This document shows, one piece after another, positions 17,535 through 26,939 of a DNA stretch of 64,000 nt. A program made the position numbers and the translations under genes. Within the stretch, counting starts at the first letter, position 1. Every line of letters starts with the position of its first letter. The notes below the pieces were generated by a model, which was not told the origin of the DNA, made no database searches, and was given only the letters and a program-made list of their open reading frames with translations. Where the stretch lies: contig OZ252293.1 in assembly GCA_965250185.1 (NCBI GenBank), positions 1,176,329 through 1,240,328 on the forward strand, in the 5' to 3' direction. This DNA comes from Vicinamibacterales bacterium. GTDB taxonomy: Bacteria; Acidobacteriota; Vicinamibacteria; Vicinamibacterales; G965250185.

Positions 17535-19193
17535 GTGCGAATCATCGCGTCCGCATGTCTGATGGCGGGCATCGTCGGTAGTTCGGCCGCGGGGCTGAGG
17601 GGCCAGGATGCCTCACCTCTCGCGCTCGACGAGATTCAGTCGGCGCCGATCGCGGCGCACATCCGTTTCCTGTCGGACGACCTGCTCGAGGGTCGTGCAC
17701 CGGCCAGCCGAGGAGGCGACCTGGCCGCGCGCTACGTCGCAGCGCAGTTCGCCGCGATCGGGCTGCAGCCTGGCGGCGACTCCGGGTTCTATCAGCAGGT
17801 GCCCATCGTCGAGTCCCGCGTCGACCCGAGCTTCACGTTGCGAGCGGATCGTGCTGGGGGTGTCGCCGGGGAGTCAGGCGTCACGTATAGCTACGGGAGC
17901 GACGTCATGGCGTTCACCGATCTCACGGATGTCCTGGTGGAGTTCGCCGGTGACGTGGTCTTCGCGGGCTACGGGATCGTGGCGCCGGAATACGGATGGG
18001 ACGACTACGCGGGACTCGACGCCGCCGGGAAGATCGTGCTCCTCATGGTGAACGATCCGGTGGCGCCCTCGGACGAGCCGGCCCTCTTCGAAGGTCGTGC
18101 TCTGACGTACTACGGCCGCTGGACCTACAAGTACGAGGAAGCCGCCCGCCAAGGCGCCGCCGGCGCCATCTTGATTCACACGACGGAGTCGGCGACGTAT
18201 CCATGGCAGGTCGTCGAGTCTTCGTGGGGCGGAGCCCAGTACGCGCTGCCTCCGGAGGCGGGTCGGCCCACCCTGGCGCTCAAGGCGTGGATGACGGAGG
18301 AAGCGGTCCGGACCATGACGGGTGTGAGCGGTCACGATCTCGACGCGCTCCGCGCGACGGCTGGCTCTCGCGACTTCGAGGCCGTGCCGCTGGCGGTCCG
18401 GGTCTCGGGCCGGCTCACCCAGCAGGTGCGACGCCAGGAGTCACCCAACGTCATCGGATTCGTCCCGGGTCGAAATCCAGAGGAAGCGGTCGTCTACACG
18501 TCGCACTACGACCATCTCGGGATGCGCGACGGCTCTGGCGACGACGATCGCATCTACAACGGCGCCCTCGACAACGCGTCGGGGCTCTCGGGTCTGATGA
18601 CCCTGGCCCGAGCGTTCGTGCGGGGTTCGGCGCGCCCGTCTCGCTCGGTCTACTTCGTGGCCACGACGGCGGAGGAGGCGGGCCTCCTCGGCTCCGAGTA
18701 CCTCGCGGCGCATCCGCCCGTGGTGATCGACCAGATTGCGGCCAACATCAACGTGGACGGCCTCAACGTGTGGGGCAGAGCCAAGGATGTCGTCCTGCTG
18801 GGTGCGGAGCGTTCGTCCCTCGGCGCCATGGCCGAACGGCTCGCCGCACGACGCGACCGGCGCCTCGGCCGGGATCAGGAACCTGAACGCGGCTATTTCT
18901 TCCGCTCCGATCATTTCCCGTTCGCCAAGGCGGGGGTGCCGGCCGTGTCAATCGCCGACTCGACCGAGTACGTCGGCCGCGCGCCTGGGTTCGCCAAGGA
19001 GGTGCACGACGGTTACGTCGAGCAGGACTATCATCAGCCCAGCGACGAGTTCGACGAGACGTGGGTGTTCGATGGTGCCGTGGACGACCTGAGGCTTCTG
19101 GCCGAACTCGGCTGGCTCGTCGCCGAGGCCGCCGAGCTGCCCGCCTACAATGCGCACGATCAGTTTCGGCGCCCGCGAGCGGGCGGCCGATGA
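17535..19193 (+). CDS. M28-family metallo-aminopeptidase (secreted)
   Basis: The start was trimmed to GTG 17535, with an AGGAGG SD 7 nt upstream and the signal peptide VRIIASACLMAGIVGSSAAGL. M28 motifs are SHYDHLG, NGALDNASG, FVATTAEEAGLLGS and RSDHFPFAKAGVPA. Confidence 0.85.
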   Translation: MRIIASACLMAGIVGSSAAGLRGQDASPLALDEIQSAPIAAHIRFLSDDLLEGRAPASRGGDLAARYVAAQFAAIGLQPGGDSGFYQQVPIVESRVDPSFTLRADRAGGVAGESGVTYSYGSDVMAFTDLTDVLVEFAGDVVFAGYGIVAPEYGWDDYAGLDAAGKIVLLMVNDPVAPSDEPALFEGRALTYYGRWTYKYEEAARQGAAGAILIHTTESATYPWQVVESSWGGAQYALPPEAGRPTLALKAWMTEEAVRTMTGVSGHDLDALRATAGSRDFEAVPLAVRVSGRLTQQVRRQESPNVIGFVPGRNPEEAVVYTSHYDHLGMRDGSGDDDRIYNGALDNASGLSGLMTLARAFVRGSARPSRSVYFVATTAEEAGLLGSEYLAAHPPVVIDQIAANINVDGLNVWGRAKDVVLLGAERSSLGAMAERLAARRDRRLGRDQEPERGYFFRSDHFPFAKAGVPAVSIADSTEYVGRAPGFAKEVHDGYVEQDYHQPSDEFDETWVFDGAVDDLRLLAELGWLVAEAAELPAYNAHDQFRRPRAGGR

Positions 19194-19241
19194 GTCGGCC
19201 GGCTTGATCGCGTCTCGCGGCATTCGGTAAAGTGTTCGGTC

Positions 19242-20360
19242 ATGTCCCGACCCGCTGTCCGTAGCCTGGCTGCCGTCGTTTGGGGGGGGCTCGGCATCCT
19301 GCTGCTCGCGTCTGCCGGTTGCGGCAGCGACTCTCCGACCCAGCCCAGTTCGACGTCTCCCTCGACACCGACCCCGCAGCCGACGTTGTTCATCGCGGAT
19401 CTGCGTATCGAGAAGGCAGGGACGGGGACCGGAACCGTCACCACTTCGCCGCCGGGCATCACCTGCGGCGAGACCTGCTCCGTGGTGCTGTTGTTGGTGA
19501 CCGAGATAACGCTGACGGCTGTCCCGGACGAGGGTTCCACGTTCGAGGGGTTCATGGGCGATCCAGACTGCCTCGACGGACAGCTCACGGTCACCGCCGA
19601 CGTCACCTGCACGGCTGTCTTCGATTTCGTTCCGCCGCCGGTGATCGGCGTGACCGACTTCCTCGCCTTCGGCGACAGCTTGACGTTCGGGGTGGTCTCG
19701 GAGCCGGTCGGAACCACGTTCAAGCTCGCCGGAACGCCCGAGTCGTATCCGACCGTGCTGGAAGAGATGCTGGCGGACCGGTTTACGACCCAGCGCTTCA
19801 CGATGGACAACCAGGGCGCTCCGGGTTTTCGCGTCGAGGAGAGTCTCGCTCTGCTGCCGGCGGCCCTGGCGTCGAATCCTCAGGTCATGCTGTTGATACA
19901 CGGGGTCAATAACCTGGATCCGATCAGCGGGATGAGCCCAAGCGCGATCGCTGCCGGGGTCGCGGAGGCGGCGACCGGGATCGACATGACGGTGCAGCAG
20001 GGGCAGGCGTCTGGCGCTGTCGTGTTCGTGGCCACGCTCCCGCCACAGCGTGCGGATGTCAGCCAGGCCCGCGCGGAAGCGGCCCCCATCGTGCGAGTTC
20101 TGAACCAACAGATCGTGGCGATCGCAGCGGCCCGCCAGGCGACTCTGGTGGACCTCTTCAACGGCGTCGATCTGTCGCTCATCGGACCCGACGGCCTGCA
20201 TCCGACTACGGCGGGCTACCGTCGGTTTGCCGAGCTGTTCTTCGCGGCTATCGTCGCGGCCTTCGAGCTGCCGGAAGGTGAGACGCCCGGCGGAACGCCG
20301 ACGGACGACACGCTTCGAGCCGCGCCTTTCCGGCTCGACGTCGCGCGGGCGTTCCGATGA
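19242..20360 (+). CDS. SGNH/GDSL hydrolase lipoprotein with an N-terminal beta-sandwich (InlB B-repeat-like) domain
   Basis: The leader is lipoprotein-like (LLLASAGC). SGNH blocks are FLAFGDSLTFG, IHGVNNL and DGLHPTTAGY. The N-terminal segment is GTGTGTVTTSPPGITCGETC...FEGFMGDPDC. Confidence 0.8.
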   Translation: MSRPAVRSLAAVVWGGLGILLLASAGCGSDSPTQPSSTSPSTPTPQPTLFIADLRIEKAGTGTGTVTTSPPGITCGETCSVVLLLVTEITLTAVPDEGSTFEGFMGDPDCLDGQLTVTADVTCTAVFDFVPPPVIGVTDFLAFGDSLTFGVVSEPVGTTFKLAGTPESYPTVLEEMLADRFTTQRFTMDNQGAPGFRVEESLALLPAALASNPQVMLLIHGVNNLDPISGMSPSAIAAGVAEAATGIDMTVQQGQASGAVVFVATLPPQRADVSQARAEAAPIVRVLNQQIVAIAAARQATLVDLFNGVDLSLIGPDGLHPTTAGYRRFAELFFAAIVAAFELPEGETPGGTPTDDTLRAAPFRLDVARAFR

Positions 20361-21322
20361 GCGCCGGTCTCGTTTCGTTCGACGATCTGCGGGACGCCGC
20401 GGCGCGCCTCGAGGGCGTCGTGCGTCGCACGCCTCTGGTGCCGGTCGCCGCGCCTGGCGAGCCGCCGGTGCTCCTGAAGTGCGAGAACCTGCAGCTGGCC
20501 GGTGCGTTCAAGATTCGCGGCGCCTACAACCTGCTGTCGCGCCTGACGGAAGAGGCAAGGCGTTGCGGTGTGATCACCTACTCATCAGGGAACCACGGCC
20601 AGGGTGTCGCCCTGGCTGCCCGCCTCCTTGGCGCTCCGGCCGTCATCGTCATGCCGACGACGGCGCCAGCGGTGAAGGTGGAGGGTGCGCGAGGCTTCGG
20701 TGCGGAGGTTCTGTTCGAGGGCACCACGTCATTGCAGCGCAAGGTGCGGGCGGAGCGCGAGGCGGAGAGCCGGGGACTGACGATCATTCCGCCGTTCGAT
20801 CATCGTCACATCATCGCGGGTCAGGGGACCGTGGGGCTCGAGATCCTCGATCAGTGCCCCGAGCCGGCGCGCGTGTTCGTTCCGATCGGTGGAGGCGGTC
20901 TGGTTGCAGGCGTCTCGGCGGCCATCAAGCTGCGGCGTCCCGAAACTCGTGTGATCGGGGTCGAGCCGGTGGGTGCAGCCGCGATGCTCGAGTCGCGCCG
21001 GCAGGGCCACCCGGTGACGCTGGATCACGTGGCCAGCATCGCCGATGGTTTACTCCCGGTACGGCCCGGCGATATGACGTTCGCCCACACACAGGCCTAC
21101 CTCGACGACATCGTGACGGTGACCGACACCGAGATCGCTGACGCCGTGCATTGGCTGTTCGGGCGGGCGCACCTGGTCGTCGAGCCAAGCGGTGCCGCGT
21201 CATTCGCCGCGCTACAGCGGCTCGAGGCGACTGGCGATCTCGACGGTCCGAGTGTCGCGGTGCTGAGCGGCGGGAACATCGCGCTCGAAACGTTGACATC
21301 GCTCAGGGATCCACTCGGCTGA
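20357..21322 (+). CDS. PLP-dependent threonine/serine dehydratase (short, catabolic type)
   Basis: KCENLQLAGAFKIRGAYN contains the PLP lysine. SSGNHGQGVA and the GGGGL loop are also present. The ATGA start overlaps the stop of the upstream gene. Confidence 0.85.
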   Translation: MSAGLVSFDDLRDAAARLEGVVRRTPLVPVAAPGEPPVLLKCENLQLAGAFKIRGAYNLLSRLTEEARRCGVITYSSGNHGQGVALAARLLGAPAVIVMPTTAPAVKVEGARGFGAEVLFEGTTSLQRKVRAEREAESRGLTIIPPFDHRHIIAGQGTVGLEILDQCPEPARVFVPIGGGGLVAGVSAAIKLRRPETRVIGVEPVGAAAMLESRRQGHPVTLDHVASIADGLLPVRPGDMTFAHTQAYLDDIVTVTDTEIADAVHWLFGRAHLVVEPSGAASFAALQRLEATGDLDGPSVAVLSGGNIALETLTSLRDPLG

Positions 21323-21382
21323 AGCCTTCGCGCTACAAAATTCTCTGTCTTGATCGGGCCGCGAAATTCGCTGTCGTTCTCG

Positions 21383-22816
21383 CTACGAGATCGACGGATT
21401 CGCGGGGGGATCCGTCCGCGCTGCGGCGCGGCTGAGCTCGGCGGCGCGCTCGCGTGCCGCCTCCAGGGTCTCGATTCGCCCGTCCAGTTGCTCTTCGTAG
21501 ATCTGCCTCAGCAGGCGGCCCATGGCCGGGCCTGGCGGCACGCCAAGGGCGAGGAGGTCTCGACCTCGAAGCAGCGGGTCCGGTGGACGATGCTCGACGC
21601 CCAGAGAGCGCGCACGGTCGAGAAACCAGTCCATCGCCGAGCAGTCGAAGCGGCCGGTTCGTCCGAGACAGTCCGCCTTCGCGAGAATCGCCAATAGCTC
21701 GAGGTCGACCTTCTGCGCAAGTCGACGGAACGCGCCGTCGCCGACGCGGTTCGGGGCCTTGTGCCACATGCCGGGCTTGAGGTGATGGGCGACCAGTCCG
21801 AGAATCTGATGTCGGACGTCGTAGCCCCCGAGTGTGTGGATGTTGAGCCGGTCGAGCATCGCCGTCGCAGGCTCGACCCCGGCCTCCTCGTGATTGCGAC
21901 TGCGAATCCGCCCGTCGATGAAGGCCGTCGTGGCCGGCTTGCCGAAGTCGTGGCAGACGGCGCCGAGCATGATCGCAACCTGCTTCGGCTGGTCCAGAGG
22001 CTGATCGAGCCCGTCGATGCGCCGCCGCGCCTCATCGACCACCATCAGTGTATGGATCCAGACGTCGCCCTCGGGATGCCATTCCGGCTCCTGCACGCAC
22101 CCCACCAGCGCAGTCATTTCTGGAAACAGCCGTTCGTCGACGCGCAGATCACGGGCGGTCGCGAGACCGACAGACGGACGTGGGGCGCGGAGCAGCAGCT
22201 TCTCCATCTCGCCCCAGATGCGCTCGGCCGGGAGATCGTCCAGATCGATGGATCGGCAGATTCGGGTCGTCTCGGGGACGATCTGCAGGTCGAATCTGGC
22301 GGCGAGTTGCACGGCTCGGAGTACGCGCAGGCTGTCGTCGCCGAACGTCCGAGGATCGACGGCGCGTAGGAGCCGGCGATCGAGGTCCGCCCGGCCGCCG
22401 TACGGATCGATGTACTCGTCGTTCAGCGGATCCCAGAGGATCGCGTTGACGGTGAAGTCCCGACGACGGGTCGCGTCCTCGATCGAGAGGTCCGGGTCGC
22501 CGCGGACCTCGAAGCCACGATGTCCGCGTCCGGTCTTGGAGTCGGTTCGAGGGAGCGAGACGTCGATCGGACCCAGCTTGAAGACGGTGAAGCTCTCACC
22601 GACGGTGCTGACCGAGCCGAAACGCTCGAGCAGTGACTTGAGCCTGGAAGCCTCGACCTGGTAGACCTCGAGGTCGACATCCTTCGACCCGAGCCCGAGC
22701 AGGCGGTCTCGCACCCACCCGCCGACGATGAACGCCCGGCCGCCGATGGCGCGGACAGACGTGGCGATCTCAAGCGCGCGGTTGCGCGCGTCCGTCTCGG
22801 GCGAGGCGGAAGCCAT
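21383..22816 (-). CDS. cca: CCA-adding tRNA nucleotidyltransferase (PolyA_pol head + HD domain)
   Basis: ORF 21383..23416 trimmed to ATG 22816 (MASASPETDARNRALEIA). The head motif is GGWVRDRLLGLGSKDVDLEV and the HD region is HDFGKP...HH. The start overlaps the upstream gene by 47 nt, so it is uncertain. Confidence 0.75.
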   Translation of the reverse strand: MASASPETDARNRALEIATSVRAIGGRAFIVGGWVRDRLLGLGSKDVDLEVYQVEASRLKSLLERFGSVSTVGESFTVFKLGPIDVSLPRTDSKTGRGHRGFEVRGDPDLSIEDATRRRDFTVNAILWDPLNDEYIDPYGGRADLDRRLLRAVDPRTFGDDSLRVLRAVQLAARFDLQIVPETTRICRSIDLDDLPAERIWGEMEKLLLRAPRPSVGLATARDLRVDERLFPEMTALVGCVQEPEWHPEGDVWIHTLMVVDEARRRIDGLDQPLDQPKQVAIMLGAVCHDFGKPATTAFIDGRIRSRNHEEAGVEPATAMLDRLNIHTLGGYDVRHQILGLVAHHLKPGMWHKAPNRVGDGAFRRLAQKVDLELLAILAKADCLGRTGRFDCSAMDWFLDRARSLGVEHRPPDPLLRGRDLLALGVPPGPAMGRLLRQIYEEQLDGRIETLEAARERAAELSRAAARTDPPANPSIS

Positions 22817-23474
22817 AATCGTTGTAGCGGAAGCTCGGGTCCAGGCTGCTGCGGGCCGACGTACGGCAGATGGTCGTGGCGTGGCGCCAGGCGCCGCCTC
22901 GCGACGCACGGCGCGTGCCCTCCGCCGGTCCGGTAGGATTGCGGTCGGGTGACTTCGCGTAGAAGTCGGCGGCGTGCCAGTCAGCGCACCACTCGTGGAT
23001 GTTCGCGGTGATTCCGTAGAGGCCGTAGCCGTTCGGCGTGCCATCCGACACCGGCCACGGACCTTCGAGTGGTCCGTGTCCGCCATTCGGGATCCAGGCG
23101 GGTATCGCCCGGCCCCAGGGGTTCGGCTCGTCTTCCTTGCCACCGCGCGCGCCACGCTCCCACTCGGCTTCCGTCGGCAGCCTGACCGGTAGGCCCTGCG
23201 CCGAGTACCACTCGCAGTAGGCAACGGCATCGTTCCAGCTGACCCCGACGACGGGCAGGTCGGGACTCGACAGCTCGGGCAGCGCCCAGTCGCGTGGCTC
23301 GTCATGCCCCGTGTCAGCCCGGAAAGCCTCGTACGCGCTCCGAGTGACCGGATACACACCGAGATCGAACCCGTCGACCCACACCCGATGCGCGGGCTTC
23401 TCGTCGGGACGACCACGGTCGTTCCCCATGTGGAACCAGCCTTCCGGAATGCTCACGAACGTCGCGTCCACCAT
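22770..23474 (-). CDS. Formylglycine-generating enzyme (SUMF1/FGE-sulfatase) domain protein
   Basis: Supporting segments are FHMGNDRGRPDEKPAHRVWVDGFDLGVYPVT, WNDAVAYCEW, LPTEAEWERGARGG, NIHEWCADW, SRGGAW and GFRLA. Confidence 0.85.
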   Translation of the reverse strand: MVDATFVSIPEGWFHMGNDRGRPDEKPAHRVWVDGFDLGVYPVTRSAYEAFRADTGHDEPRDWALPELSSPDLPVVGVSWNDAVAYCEWYSAQGLPVRLPTEAEWERGARGGKEDEPNPWGRAIPAWIPNGGHGPLEGPWPVSDGTPNGYGLYGITANIHEWCADWHAADFYAKSPDRNPTGPAEGTRRASRGGAWRHATTICRTSARSSLDPSFRYNDYGFRLARDGRAQPRA

Positions 23475-23562
23475 CGACCCTCCGGCGCACCGTTTGACGC
23501 CACTGACGCTCGCCTCCAGCGCCGTGCCCGGGATGATATCAGAGGGCCGGCTGCTCCCGGCC

Positions 23563-23928
23563 TCAGAAGGCCTCGGGTCGTCTTGCGTGCCGCGGTCGTA
23601 TCCCGGACGTCACCGGGCTTCGATACACCGACCGGTTGGGGCGGTAGGTGGCCTGCAGCCTCAGGTCATGGCGGTTGGGGTCTCCCGGGTATCGAAGCTG
23701 GGGTCGCTCCGGCCCGAGCCGCCAGCCTGGCGACTCGTACCCGCAGGTGGGACATCGCAGGGTGATCTGCCGGGCGCGCAGATGGACGCGACGCTCGTGG
23801 CGCCGTGACGTGCACGTGACGCCCCTGAAGGCCATCGTCGCGCGGCGCCAGGGTCCAAGCAGTCGGTCGCGCTCGCTGTAGATGTCGAAGAAAAGGGGAG
23901 CAGTAGCGGGGTCGGTGAGTGTCAGCAT
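23563..23928 (-). CDS. Hypothetical protein with a zinc-ribbon-like CPTCG motif
   Basis: Third-position GC is high in this frame and the gene is co-oriented with its neighbours. I recognised no family. The 280 nt upstream also look coding in two other frames (see findings). Confidence 0.35.
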   Translation of the reverse strand: MLTLTDPATAPLFFDIYSERDRLLGPWRRATMAFRGVTCTSRRHERRVHLRARQITLRCPTCGYESPGWRLGPERPQLRYPGDPNRHDLRLQATYRPNRSVYRSPVTSGIRPRHARRPEAF

Positions 23929-24209
23929 CTGGGTCTCGTGTGTTGAGCGGGAAGTTCAGCGCGGACCGACTCGAGCGCGGGTTCGTCTGAGGTTCGTGCC
24001 TGCTTATAGAGACCCGGCAGAGCGTCGAAGGTCACATCGCGGGGTAGGGCCCGCGGGGCGTGGCTCGCTTGGTTTCGGGGCGGCGGCCTCCTCGACGAGG
24101 CTCCGCAGGACGAAGGTGACGTTGGCGGGTGCCGTAGCGTGATGCCAGCCGGCGCACGATGGCGCTCCGGCCAAACCATGGAAGAAGGTCTTGGACGGGA
24201 CGTCCAGTA

Positions 24210-25340
24210 TCAGCCCGCGCGATCCGGGCGACACGTGGCGGGCAGCGCGTGTTCGATGCTTCGAGCGTAGTAGCGGAGCACGTTGCGCTCACGGATCCGC
24301 AACCGGTCGCCCTCGACCACGAGGATCCCGCGGTCGACCAGGGCGTCGACCGTCCCGTCGAGCGCGTCGCGTCCGCTCGTCACGGCCAGGTTGGCGCCGG
24401 CTCGCTCGAGGGTCTCGATCGTCGCGTCGATGCGATCCACGATGGCTTGTCGCGTCATCGAAGGGCGAATGGCACTGGCCACGAGGGCCGTGGGCAGGAT
24501 CTTGTAGAGGGAACCGATCTGTCGGCGCAGGTCATGGGCCAGCCGTAGCACATCGCGCCGGGAGGTTGCGTCGCAGCCATCGATGGTCATCGGCGTACCG
24601 AACGTGACGAACGCGCGCGACTGGTAGCCGACCGAGTACCGCACCATCTCGGCCAGTTCCCGCGAGAACGGGCGCTGTCGTCGCTTCACCCCCTGCTTGG
24701 CCAGCACGTGGTCCTCGAGCACGAAGTCGTAGGCGATGGCCACCGGGAGCATGACCAGGTCGGCGTGCTTCGCCTCGAGTGCGGCCTTGATGAGGCCCGT
24801 CTTGGGAGCCTTCAGCTCGCCGCTGTAGCTGCGGCCACCCTCCAGGTAGAACAGGAAGTCATGCCGACGGAGCAGCTCCGCCACGTACGCCTTCAGCGTG
24901 ACGAGGTACGCCGGGTCCTTCGTCGCCCGTCGGATCGGGATGGCCCCGGTCACGTGCCGATGCAACATGCCGAGCGGGCCGCCGAACAGATTGTTCCCGG
25001 CGGCGATGATCGGCGGCCGCACGCCGTTGTCGTCGAGTGCGAGCGGCTCGATGAGGTAGTCCGTATGACTCTTGTGATTCGAGACGTACATCACGCGCTG
25101 GGTGTTCGTCGCGGCCTGCACGCGCTCGACGTTCTCGACGATGCGTTTGATCTTACGCAGGATGGGGTAGAGCGGATGCTGGAGCGCGCGGTAGATCGGA
25201 TACCGCTGGGTCGTGCGTAGCTCGTCCAGATAGGCGTAGATGCGCTCTCGCGCCTGTTGCTCCGTCTGGCCGTGGCCTTCACGGAGATAGCGTGCGACCT
25301 CGTCCCTGTCGAGGACGGCCTGTGTCAGCTCGTCAAGCAT
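24210..25340 (-). CDS. Glycerol-3-phosphate/lysophospholipid acyltransferase family protein (PlsB/PlsC-like)
   Basis: The HX4D motif is [22 protein letters not shown] and the IAYD block are also present. Confidence 0.75.
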   Translation of the reverse strand: MLDELTQAVLDRDEVARYLREGHGQTEQQARERIYAYLDELRTTQRYPIYRALQHPLYPILRKIKRIVENVERVQAATNTQRVMYVSNHKSHTDYLIEPLALDDNGVRPPIIAAGNNLFGGPLGMLHRHVTGAIPIRRATKDPAYLVTLKAYVAELLRRHDFLFYLEGGRSYSGELKAPKTGLIKAALEAKHADLVMLPVAIAYDFVLEDHVLAKQGVKRRQRPFSRELAEMVRYSVGYQSRAFVTFGTPMTIDGCDATSRRDVLRLAHDLRRQIGSLYKILPTALVASAIRPSMTRQAIVDRIDATIETLERAGANLAVTSGRDALDGTVDALVDRGILVVEGDRLRIRERNVLRYYARSIEHALPATCRPDRAG

Positions 25341-25360
25341 GGCATCTTTGACGCGCGATC

Positions 25361-26372
25361 TTACCCACCAGCTTCGATCTCCCGACAGAGGGTATCGGCA
25401 AACTCGGTCGTGCTCGCCGTGCCGCCAATGTCGCCGGTACGCACGCGACCCGCAAGCAGGACACGCTCGAGCGCCTGCTGGACCCGGGTCGCCGCGTCAC
25501 CCTCGCCGACGTGCTGCAGCATCATCAGGCTCGAGAGCAACAGTGCCGTCGGGTTGGCTATGCCCCGGCCCGCAATGTCCGGTGCGCTGCCGTGCACGGC
25601 CTCGAAGACGGCAGCGTCCGTCCCCAGATTGGCCCCCGGCACCAACCCGAGACCGCCGACGAGGCCGGCGCACAGGTCCGACATGATGTCGCCGTAGAGG
25701 TTCGGGAGCAACAGCACGTCGAAGTCTTGAGGGCGCATGACCAGCCGCATCGAGATGGCGTCGATGATGCGTTCGTCGTACTCGATCTCCGAGTGGCGTG
25801 CGGCGACGGCGCGCGCGCACTCCAGGAACAGGCCGTCACCCATCTTCAGGATGTTCGCCTTGTGTACAGCCGTTACCTTCCGTCGGCCCTGGCGCCGGGC
25901 AAGAGCGAATGCAAACTCGGCGATCCGGGTCGACGCTGCCGCCGTGACGACCTTCAGGCTCTCCACGACGCCTGGCACCACTTCGTGCTCGAGGCCCGAG
26001 TACAGCCCCTCGGTATTCTCCCGCACGATGAGCAGATCGACGTCCTCGAACCTGGAGGCCACGCCCGGCAGGTTGCGGACGGGACGCACGTTGGCAAACA
26101 GGTCCAGGGTCTTGCGAAGCCCGACGTTGACGCTGGTGAAGCCTTCCCCGATCGGCGTCGTCACCGGGCCCTTGAGCGCGACCGCGTGGCGTCGTACCGA
26201 GTCCACGAGCGCATCGGGAAGGGGTGAGCCGGATCGGTCGTACGCGGTCTGGCCAGCATCCTGCCGATCCCAGTCGATCGCGACGCCCGCGGCGTCGAGC
26301 ACGGTTAAGGACGGCTCCCATGACCTCAGGCCCGATGCCGTCACCGGCGATGAGCGTGATGTGATGCGTCAT
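25361..26372 (-). pseudogene. NAD-dependent isocitrate/isopropylmalate dehydrogenase family gene with a single-base frameshift near the 5' end (or an assembly indel)
   Basis: The body reads VRENTEGLYSG, HKANILK and [10 protein letters not shown]...GSAPDIAG. The essential N-terminus MTHHITLIAGDGIGPEVMGAV lies in another frame (ORF 25836..26381). Length 1012 nt equals 3n+1. The junction is at CTTAACC, about 26303-26308. Confidence 0.8.
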
Positions 26373-26424
26373 GCTGACCATGCCGACGTCGTCGAGGCTC
26401 GACTCGGAGCCCTGCCGCCCGGGG

Positions 26425-26913
26425 TCATTCGATCGCTTCCCAGCCCAAGAGGACCAGACAGCCGCCGATATTGATCATCATCAACACGGTCGACAGACCG
26501 TGCAGGCGGCCGAACTGGACGCGCCGCGGATCGTCTTCCGCAAGCGATGAGACGGGCGCGGCCATCGACGCCTGCAAGCGCTCGATCTGGCCCGAGACCC
26601 AGATTCCCGAATACAGGCTGATGATGAGCATCGCGGCAACGATGCCGCTCCGGATCGAGAGACTCAGGGGGCGCGGGCCGATCACGGCCATGGCCACCAG
26701 GGCGAGCAGCATGGCGGCGCCACAGCCGTATGTCAGGTAGTGGAACCGGCGCAACATCTCGCCGAACGCCGCGCCAGCCAGCGCCCGTCCCTCCACGGGA
26801 GCCCTCGCTTGGAGCAGCGCGAACGTCGCGGGCGCGGCGATTGCCCCGAGTGTGACCATGCCTCCGAGCCACACGCTGAGGGTGAGAACGTAGACGTAGC
26901 GAAGGAGCATCAT
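26425..26913 (-). CDS. Small 4-TM membrane protein (DUF4149/TMEM205-like, from memory)
   Basis: There are four hydrophobic spans, and the N-terminus is MMLLRYVYVLTLSVWLGGMVTLGAIAAP. Confidence 0.6.
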   Translation of the reverse strand: MMLLRYVYVLTLSVWLGGMVTLGAIAAPATFALLQARAPVEGRALAGAAFGEMLRRFHYLTYGCGAAMLLALVAMAVIGPRPLSLSIRSGIVAAMLIISLYSGIWVSGQIERLQASMAAPVSSLAEDDPRRVQFGRLHGLSTVLMMINIGGCLVLLGWEAIE

Positions 26914-26939
26914 CCAATCATTATAATTGACCGCGGAAC

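Noticed and set aside
22770-22816. 47-nt overlap between the FGE-domain gene and the cca start as a regulatory feature
   Set aside because: It most likely just reflects uncertainty about the cca start codon. No alternative in-frame ATG, GTG or TTG was obvious, so the coordinates are kept but not over-interpreted.
26300-26310. Programmed ribosomal frameshifting as the explanation for the frame breaks at ~16630/16872, ~26305, ~53328 and ~60572
   Set aside because: I see no shared slippery heptamer or downstream structure, and the sequence contexts are unrelated. The affected enzyme families are not known to use recoding. Indel errors or decay are simpler explanations.
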